In this document: positions 57,232 through 64,000 of the stretch, piece after piece
Position numbering within the stretch: position 1 is the stretch's first letter
How the letters are laid out: each line of letters starts with the position of its first letter
Assembly (NCBI GenBank): GCA_050633305.1
Contig: JBOEGF010000042.1
Span: forward strand, 1-64,000
Length of the DNA: 64,000 bases
Reading direction: 5' to 3'
DNA from: Nannocystales bacterium
Lineage (GTDB): Bacteria; Myxococcota_A; Polyangia; Nannocystales; Nannocystaceae
Position numbers and translations under genes: made by a program
Notes under the pieces: generated by a model
What the model saw: only the letters and a program-made list of their open reading frames with translations
Database searches by the model: none
What the model was told of the DNA's origin: nothing

Positions 57232-60153
57232 TCACGGACTCCCGACACCGGAGCGCCAAGCCTCGATCTGCTCGAGCAGCAGGGCTGCGTCCGCCGAAGG
57301 GTCGGTCGAGATCGCCACGTCCGCCTCGGCAGCCAACGCAAGTGCCGCAACGAGTTGCCCGGGTTCTTCGGCGCGTAGCTTTGCGAGTCCGAACAGAACC
57401 TCCGCCCCCACTACGGGTGTCGTATGCACGGTGAACAGCTCTCGCGCACGTTCGTAGTGTGACACGGCATCCTGAGTTCCCTCCGCGACCGCGAGATGCC
57501 CGAGAAGCAGCTCCACCTCGCACTGCACGTCCGGACCCAGCTCAGCCCGCCTCGCCACCGCGTTCGCCTTGTACAACATCGACCGCGCTTCGAGCCACCG
57601 ACGCTGCGTGGTGTAGCCCTGGCCAAGTCCGGCCAAGGCGGTGGCCAGCAGGTTCGGAGGCGCAGCGTCCATCGCCTCCAACGCCGCCACCACCTGCTCG
57701 CCAAGCACCACGGATCCCTCCACATCACCGCGGCGTTGTAGGTTGTTCGCGAGGTCGACGTCGGTCGAAAGAACGTTGGGATGGCCAGGCGGATGGAGCT
57801 CGGCCCAGAGCTCTCGGACCTGTTTCAAAATCTCGTACGCCTGGTCGTGGTCACCCAGCGCTCCGTGGGCTCGGGCAAGCACGGACAGCGCGTCCGCCCT
57901 GATCGTCGGCATGCTGCCCTCACGTTCGAACACCTTGCGGAGCGCGTTGAGGTGATCACGAGCGTCCCGGGCTCGACCGGCGGTGAACAACACCTGCCCC
58001 AGGCGAACATGGAGGCCCACCGCCGCCGGATGGCCTGGGCCCAGCCCACGATCCGCGGCAGCGATGTTGGTCTGCAGGAGATGCAGCGCTTCGCTCACGC
58101 GACCGGCGCTCTGAAGCGCCATGCTCATGTTGGCCACCGCCAAGAACCGATTCGGCACGGGTTCGTCGGGCTGGGCCGTGTCGTACAAGGTCAGCACCGT
58201 TTCGAATGCCTCGATCGCGGCAGTAAACTCTCCCGCGGAGAGAGCGAGAATGGCGGCCGTGCTGGCGGCGTGCTGTTCGAGGACAGGCGTCGCCTCGGCT
58301 CGTGCGATGACAGCACGTGCCCGGCGTTCGGTTTCCCTTGCCTGAGCAATGTCGCCGACGGAGATCGCGTAGTGCGTAGAAAGCATGAGGAGTGCCTTCG
58401 CGATGCTTTCGTCATCGCCTCCTCGCTCTGTGGAGAGCACCGCTTCGCTCAAGTCACGAGTCCCCTCTTCGGCCGGCCGGGTATGTGCAGTGATGCTCGC
58501 GAGGACGGTTCTGATTTTTCCGACGAGGACCCGGTCCTCCGTCAACTCGACCTCCGCCAGTAGCGCGCGGAGCTCCTGGTCGGCTTCGGCGACCCGGCCA
58601 GCAGGCGCGATCAACTGCGCCCGGTCGAAGCGCTGTCGTAGTGTGTCGTGCCCGGCCGAGTCGGCGGAGTTCGGGTTCCGCGAGGGCTCAGGGTCCGCGC
58701 AGGTCCGGGCCCTCGGGAGTGCATAGACGACCTGGAGTGCGCGTGCGGGGCCAGCCTCCCTGATCATCACCAGCGCGTGCTCCAAGGAGAGAGCGCTTCT
58801 CCGGAGGCACTGCATTCGGCGATCGAAGATCAGGTCGGACTCACGGTGCGATTTCCAGCGAGCCTCGCAGGCGTCGCGAAGCTGGTCCTCCCACTCGCCG
58901 GCGTGTTGGTCCAGGTAGCGACGCAGCGTCTTCCACGTCGTCGTCGCATACCCATGTGGACTCTGGAGCAGGGCATCGCGTGTCGTCGCGATCGATGCGT
59001 CACCCCAGGTCTGCGCCAGGAGACCCGAGGTCACACACTCTTCCTGCGGAGACGTACGAGTGGTGTAGAATCCGGCGACAGCGACCAACCCCGCAGCCCC
59101 CAACGCCGCACCCAACACCCCCCACCGACGTCCGCGCGGTCGAAGATCCGTCAACAACGCGTTCATGCTCGGGTAGCGTTCACCCGGGCGCTCGGACAGA
59201 CCCCGGGTCACACACTGTGCAACGTGCCGCGGGAGGAGTCGTAGCCCCGGGGGCGGCTGCGCCCGATCCGCGTCGGGCGCAAAAGGTTGCTCCCCCAGCA
59301 ACGCCTCGTAGAGCGCTACACAGAACGAGTACTGGTCCGCCCTGGCGTCCACCCTTTCGCCACGGAGCTGCTCGGGGGCCATGTAGCTGGGCGTTCCGAC
59401 GCGGCTCGTTGCGCGCAGCACTTCCTTGCCAGGTGAGCCCGCGACTGTTGAACGCGGGACGGAGAGGGCGAGTCCAAAGTCGGCCACGAACACGCGGTCG
59501 CCTGCCCCGACCAGAAGGTTGGAAGGCTTGACATCGCGATGGACAAGGTCGCGAGCGTGAGCCGCTGCCAAGCCTTCGCCCGCCTGGATGAACACATCGA
59601 GAATCGCGTCCTGGCTACGGCGCGTCTGTGCGAGCCAACGGTCAACGGTGGCCCCTTCCACATACTGCGCGGCGATGAACAGTTCACCTTCGTACTCGGC
59701 GATGTCGTGAACCGTGAGCACGTTGGGGTGGGTCAACTGAGCCAAGGCCCGGGCCTCGACCCGTAAGCGTTCCCGCTCCCGAGGTGTTCCCGAGCCCAGC
59801 ATGAACTTGAGCGCAACCCGCCGATCCAACCGAGAATCGTACGCGCTGTACACAACACCCATTCCCCCCTCGCCAAGCCGCTCGAGGATCGTGTAGCGGC
59901 CGACTTGCTGCCCCGCGATCAGACGGAAGTTGTCCCCGTGCGAGTCCCCCGGATCGCTCGTGTCCTTCGAAGACACTTCGTCCAGCGCGAGTTCTGCCAT
60001 GACCCGAGCACAATCGGGACAGCGGTCGAGGTGGAGTTCGAGCGCTCGCGCGTCTTCGGGTGACACAGTCCCCTCGACAACCCGAACGAAGATGTCATCT
60101 TCGGGACAGTCTTCCGCCCATCGCGGAACATCTGAAGCGTCCGGCTGCATCAT
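57232..60153 (-). CDS. Ser/Thr protein kinase with N-terminal zinc anti-sigma (HxxxCxxC) motif, TM helix and TPR repeats
   Basis: HLDRCPDC; kinase motifs GEGGMGVVY, VALK, HRDVKPSN, DFG, GTPSYMAPE; TPR motifs LGPGHP/PPGHP. Confidence 0.95.
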   Translation of the reverse strand: MMQPDASDVPRWAEDCPEDDIFVRVVEGTVSPEDARALELHLDRCPDCARVMAELALDEVSSKDTSDPGDSHGDNFRLIAGQQVGRYTILERLGEGGMGVVYSAYDSRLDRRVALKFMLGSGTPRERERLRVEARALAQLTHPNVLTVHDIAEYEGELFIAAQYVEGATVDRWLAQTRRSQDAILDVFIQAGEGLAAAHARDLVHRDVKPSNLLVGAGDRVFVADFGLALSVPRSTVAGSPGKEVLRATSRVGTPSYMAPEQLRGERVDARADQYSFCVALYEALLGEQPFAPDADRAQPPPGLRLLPRHVAQCVTRGLSERPGERYPSMNALLTDLRPRGRRWGVLGAALGAAGLVAVAGFYTTRTSPQEECVTSGLLAQTWGDASIATTRDALLQSPHGYATTTWKTLRRYLDQHAGEWEDQLRDACEARWKSHRESDLIFDRRMQCLRRSALSLEHALVMIREAGPARALQVVYALPRARTCADPEPSRNPNSADSAGHDTLRQRFDRAQLIAPAGRVAEADQELRALLAEVELTEDRVLVGKIRTVLASITAHTRPAEEGTRDLSEAVLSTERGGDDESIAKALLMLSTHYAISVGDIAQARETERRARAVIARAEATPVLEQHAASTAAILALSAGEFTAAIEAFETVLTLYDTAQPDEPVPNRFLAVANMSMALQSAGRVSEALHLLQTNIAAADRGLGPGHPAAVGLHVRLGQVLFTAGRARDARDHLNALRKVFEREGSMPTIRADALSVLARAHGALGDHDQAYEILKQVRELWAELHPPGHPNVLSTDVDLANNLQRRGDVEGSVVLGEQVVAALEAMDAAPPNLLATALAGLGQGYTTQRRWLEARSMLYKANAVARRAELGPDVQCEVELLLGHLAVAEGTQDAVSHYERARELFTVHTTPVVGAEVLFGLAKLRAEEPGQLVAALALAAEADVAISTDPSADAALLLEQIEAWRSGVGSP

Positions 60154-60243
60154 GGATCGCTCCGACAACGGCGAGAAGAGTATAGTCGATGGTGTGATCG
60201 CTGGCTCCGCGTGTCGGGCCGAAGCTGTCGAAGGAGCGCAGGC

Positions 60244-61158
60244 ATGAACTCGGAGTCCACCCCCACGCAGAGGTTCGCCCGAGGTTTTGGCGATGCGAAT
60301 GCGTTCTCCATCGTGCGCGACTCCCTAGACGAGTTGGTCGGCCGGGCCCGACTTCGATGGCCGCAGTCCAGCTACGCTCTGGCCGACTTCGCTGGCGATC
60401 TCGGAGCCCTGTTGCGAGAGACGCCGCCGCACGAACTCGCGCCGAGACTCGCCGAACTTCAACTCGAAGAACTGTATCTGGCCCGTGCAAGCGCAGCCGG
60501 AGACGCTGGGGCAACCAGGCACCTGCGTCGCGAGTACGCCAGCGTCGTCGCCGCCGCGCTGCGGCATCAAGCGCCCGCCCACATCGCCTTGGACGACATC
60601 GAGCAGGTTGTCTGGATGCGCCTGCTGGTCGCCGACGGCGACCGTCGCCCCAAGCTCGAGCGGTATCGCGGTGAAGGCCGACTGGCGAGCTGGATTCGCG
60701 TGGTTGCCATCCGCACACGAGCCGACTTGTTGCGCTCTCGCAAACCCGTGGGTGAGGCAGTCGATCCCATGGAGCTGCAATGGGAGGAGCTGGGTGCAGC
60801 TTCTCAGACCCCCGAGCTCAGCTATCTCAAAGCGTCGTATCGGGGAAGATTCAAGTCGGCCTTCGCCGAGGCCGTGGCCGAACTCGACGCAGGCTCGCGC
60901 AACCTGTTGCGGCAGAAGCACATCTTCGGCCTGACCCTCGCCGAGATGGCAAACCTGCACGGTGTCCACGTCGCGACGATCAAGCGCCGCCTGGCGCAGT
61001 GTCGAACCCAGCTCATCGAAGGCACCGGTCGGCGAGTCTGCGGCGACGCCCCACAAGCCGAGGCGCTCGCGAGCGTGTTGCGGCTGGTTCGCAGCCAGGT
61101 CGAGGTCAGCCTCGCCCGATACCTGGACGATGCCCAGACCCACCCTTCTGCCGACTGA
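60244..61158 (+). CDS. ECF-type sigma-70 factor, Myxococcales family
   Basis: ELYLA.A...GD..A, RLLV......KL..YRGEGRLASWIRVVA.R, PELSYLK..Y...FK.AF..A and a region-4 HTH. Confidence 0.88.
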   Translation: MNSESTPTQRFARGFGDANAFSIVRDSLDELVGRARLRWPQSSYALADFAGDLGALLRETPPHELAPRLAELQLEELYLARASAAGDAGATRHLRREYASVVAAALRHQAPAHIALDDIEQVVWMRLLVADGDRRPKLERYRGEGRLASWIRVVAIRTRADLLRSRKPVGEAVDPMELQWEELGAASQTPELSYLKASYRGRFKSAFAEAVAELDAGSRNLLRQKHIFGLTLAEMANLHGVHVATIKRRLAQCRTQLIEGTGRRVCGDAPQAEALASVLRLVRSQVEVSLARYLDDAQTHPSAD

Positions 61159-61200
61159 ACGTCCCATGCTGTCCCAGCGCAAGGCTCGTGGAACAGGACC

Positions 61201-62532
61201 CTAGAACCAGCTTGGGTTGTAGAACCCTGTCATATCCCAGCGGATCCACGTGTTGGTCGCGTAGTTTCCGGTGCCGAACGCCAGCTCGATCAGGCCATCG
61301 TCGACCGTCCCATTGAAGAAGTGAATCTGGTCGGGACTGCTGTAGAAGTACGTGTCGAAGTCTCCCGCCTCGTCGACAGGGACATTCTCGAACCACTGCA
61401 AGGTGGGCTGCCCCAGCCTCCAGGTGATCGCGCGCTGGTCCCGAAACGTCTTGAGAATCACCCACTCATCGAAGTCGCTGGTCTCTCCCGAGTGTTCGAC
61501 CGTCCCCGCCAGCTGGACGTTTCGCGAAGTGACGCTGCAGGGGGCCGATGTCTCGCTCGAGCGGTCGAAGGAACTGTACGCGCTCTGGACGATCGTGTTG
61601 CGCTGCTGAGTACGGTGTGTTCCCGAGCAAGAGTAGTAGGTCGTCCGCCGATGGAACTCGAGTTCCACACTGTCCCGGGCAACGACCACCGACCCCGACA
61701 CCGTTTGCGATGCGCCGCAGTTGTCAGAGGTTACGACGCTGAACGTGCCGTCGTCCGCGACAGGAAAGGCATCGCCGGACTCCATGATGAACAGCCGGCC
61801 CGCGGCAGAACGAAGACGAGTCGTACGTCCCTGGTCGTAGCCAAACCCGCACCCCCACAACTCGTAGTCACCGGCGTCCAGTTGGGGGTCGACGTATCCA
61901 TGGTCCTGCGCGTACGCCACGAGCTTCGCCAACGCCACGGCTCCGACGTGACCGATACCATCGAGCTCGGCGATGGTTTCGATCGGGTCGTCGTCGGCAG
62001 GGGAGTCTGGGTCGGGCCCTTCGCGGTGCTCGACGATGTTGGTCGCGGCTCGCCGGTCCAAGGCAACGTCGTCGTCCAGCGTCTCGAAATCGGCGGTGTT
62101 GACGAGGTCGAGCACGGCGAGGGCCAAGTCACTCCCCTCCGACAAATCATCGGCATCGGGTTCTGGGTCGGGGACATAGCCGTTGGCCTCCGCATAGGCC
62201 AACAACCGCTGGAGTGCCACCGGGCCCACGTAGGGGATCGCGTCGAGCTCGGCGAGATCATCGAACGGATCGGGGGTCTCGCGGTGGTCCACGATGTTCG
62301 ACGCGGCCCGCACGTCCAACCCCACGTCATCATCCAACACCGCGTGCGAGGCTTCGTTCACCAGGGCCAAGACGCCGAGCGCCTCCGGGGTCCCCTCGGC
62401 GATCAGCGCCCCGTCGGCCTTCGGTCCGGCCAGGAACGAGTCATCCGCCCCGTCGGATTCGTGATCTGGGGCACCGGCGTCACAGGCGGCGAGGGCGACA
62501 ACGAGGGTCAAGAGCAGCGTTGGCTTGAACAT
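61201..62532 (-). CDS. Lipoprotein with two tandem ComEA-like helix-hairpin-helix modules
   Basis: Signal MFKPTLLLTLVVALAAC, KADG motif, and two copies of LVN......LDDDV.LD.RAA.NIV.HR...ELD.I..VG.VAL..L.AYA...GYV. Confidence 0.85.
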   Translation of the reverse strand: MFKPTLLLTLVVALAACDAGAPDHESDGADDSFLAGPKADGALIAEGTPEALGVLALVNEASHAVLDDDVGLDVRAASNIVDHRETPDPFDDLAELDAIPYVGPVALQRLLAYAEANGYVPDPEPDADDLSEGSDLALAVLDLVNTADFETLDDDVALDRRAATNIVEHREGPDPDSPADDDPIETIAELDGIGHVGAVALAKLVAYAQDHGYVDPQLDAGDYELWGCGFGYDQGRTTRLRSAAGRLFIMESGDAFPVADDGTFSVVTSDNCGASQTVSGSVVVARDSVELEFHRRTTYYSCSGTHRTQQRNTIVQSAYSSFDRSSETSAPCSVTSRNVQLAGTVEHSGETSDFDEWVILKTFRDQRAITWRLGQPTLQWFENVPVDEAGDFDTYFYSSPDQIHFFNGTVDDGLIELAFGTGNYATNTWIRWDMTGFYNPSWF

Positions 62533-62629
62533 TGCGCCTCCCAGACGGGGGCTCGCCGCCCAGGGGCGCACGGCGGCCACCACTTTTCTCCAAGAGCGCG
62601 CAGCCCTGCACCGAAGACGGGTCGCTTCG

Positions 62630-64000
62630 CTATTCGCCCCGCACCGAGAGCACACCTTCGGGCCCTGAAAGCACCACCCCGACCTCCGACCCGGACCCTG
62701 CCGCGAGCGCAGCGTCGAACAAGCTCCGGGTGTCGAGGGTCTGGGTGCAGGCTTCGGCGCTCGAGACCCGGAAGACCACAGAGGCCTGACCGAACTCGTC
62801 AACCGACACCAGGTCGCTGAAGCCGTCTCCATCGACATCGGCAACTGCGGTCGAGACGACGGCAGCCTCGTGCAGCACCAAGAGGTCATCAGCCGACGCG
62901 TTGACCCCCAGCATCGCGGTCTCCAGCCCGATCACGCCGTCGAGGGATGGATCGAGCGCAATGAAGTGGCCCAGCCACGCATCGACGAAGACCGACCGAC
63001 TCGCGTTGCCCGTCACGCCAACGGGGAGTTCGCCTTCGTCGAGGAGCGCATCCAGGACCGACTGTCCTTCCTCCGGACCCAGCACCGCAGCAAGGACGTC
63101 GTCCGATTCGGCGAGGTCGAGCGGACCCACCGCAAAGTCGGCGATCGGCTCCGCGGCCCACGTCACGCTCGTCGGGGGTGAGAACGTTCCGTCGCCCAAG
63201 CTCGACGCCTCGAACAAGAGGCCAGAGTCGAGTCGGCTGAGGAGTTGCAACCCGCCGTCGGCGAGGCTGCGAAGCTTGGCCGGACCCCCGGGTCCTTCGA
63301 ACACGACATCGACTCCGGCCGCATAAGACCCGTCCTCTTGTCGCAGCAGCGGGACGACGCGTAGTCCGGCGTCGCCTCGGATGGACACCAGCAGGTCCAG
63401 GTCCGCGTCGCCATCGAGGTTGGCCTGCTCCAGCCCGATCACCTGCTCGGCCTCGCTCAGCACGACCGGAACGGCTTGGGCGGCCGCATCGGCTTCCACC
63501 AACGCCACAGCAACCGGGATGGAGCCCCCGTCGACATCAGCATCGGCCAACACCACCCTCTGCCCCTCGTCGTCGCGGCCCGCAATGCCTACGGCCCTGC
63601 CCGCCCCTGCTCCTTGCCGGACCCAGGCCAACTCCAGTGCAACCTCTTCGGCGCATGGTTGTGGGATCGGGAGGGCCTCGCAATACGACCACGGCTCCCC
63701 TGGATCGACGCACTCCCCGAGTTCGCAGTCCTCATCGCCGTAGCACTCGATGCGATTGTCGGTGTCGCTGTAGTAGTCGGTGTCGTAGTAGCTGTCGCTG
63801 TACGAGTCGTACGAGTCGTACGAGTCCTCGTAGGGGTCGTAGTAGCTGTCGTTTGGAGGGTCCGGTTCGGAGTCGGTGTCGGTCGGGAGAATCACCGTGT
63901 CCGTTCCGTCCGTCTCAGCCCCATCCGTGTCCCCTGGAAGCACCACCGACGGGCCGCAACCTGCCGCAACCACCGCGGTCCCCGCTGCGCCCAGGTTCCA
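62630..64000 (-). CDS. FG-GAP-repeat lipoprotein with Tyr/Asp/Ser tract; 5' end lies outside the window
   Basis: Frame is open to 64000 (WNLGAAGTAVVAAGC); contains NLDGDADLDLLV, GDGTF and ADVDGDGFSDLV. Confidence 0.85.
   Translation of the reverse strand, partial: WNLGAAGTAVVAAGCGPSVVLPGDTDGAETDGTDTVILPTDTDSEPDPPNDSYYDPYEDSYDSYDSYSDSYYDTDYYSDTDNRIECYGDEDCELGECVDPGEPWSYCEALPIPQPCAEEVALELAWVRQGAGAGRAVGIAGRDDEGQRVVLADADVDGGSIPVAVALVEADAAAQAVPVVLSEAEQVIGLEQANLDGDADLDLLVSIRGDAGLRVVPLLRQEDGSYAAGVDVVFEGPGGPAKLRSLADGGLQLLSRLDSGLLFEASSLGDGTFSPPTSVTWAAEPIADFAVGPLDLAESDDVLAAVLGPEEGQSVLDALLDEGELPVGVTGNASRSVFVDAWLGHFIALDPSLDGVIGLETAMLGVNASADDLLVLHEAAVVSTAVADVDGDGFSDLVSVDEFGQASVVFRVSSAEACTQTLDTRSLFDAALAAGSGSEVGVVLSGPEGVLSVRGE

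Noticed and set aside
1..64000. Mobile elements, prophage, defence systems, tRNA/rRNA
   Set aside because: No transposase, integrase, phage, nuclease/RT motifs or tRNA-like sequences were recognised, and the low-GC patches have no visible flanking repeats.

Overview
This is a GC-rich bacterial window, very probably from a myxobacterium (Myxococcota, Nannocystaceae-like). The assignment is inferred from Myxococcus-type Cys-rich repeats, a Myxococcales-type ECF sigma factor paired with a Ser/Thr kinase, an FHA-sigma54 activator, and over a dozen lipoproteins with Ser/Thr/Gly linkers. It is accessory genome: about 55 CDS, mostly secreted or lipoprotein hypotheticals, with small regulator-enzyme pairs (TetR-SDR, LysR-MDR, LysR-MBL). 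It also carries an orphan GspE/PilB ATPase, a REC-GGDEF-EAL protein, a di-heme cytochrome c, a six-hairpin glycosidase and arsH. I found no rRNA, tRNA, CRISPR array, transposase or phage gene. Two genes are frameshifted, one by a 10-bp palindromic tandem duplication that detaches a lipoprotein signal from a HExxH protease. The best leads are: (i) a divergent stand-alone biotin carboxylase translationally coupled to arsH; (ii) a lipoprotein with five PCL repeats; (iii) a eukaryote-type UMP-CMP kinase with an extra N-terminal domain; (iv) a low-GC orphan ending in NLS-like motifs; (v) an 898-aa toxin-like protein; (vi) a 65-aa Cys-rich lipopeptide with its own promoter. All family calls come from recognising motifs by eye; no searches were run.
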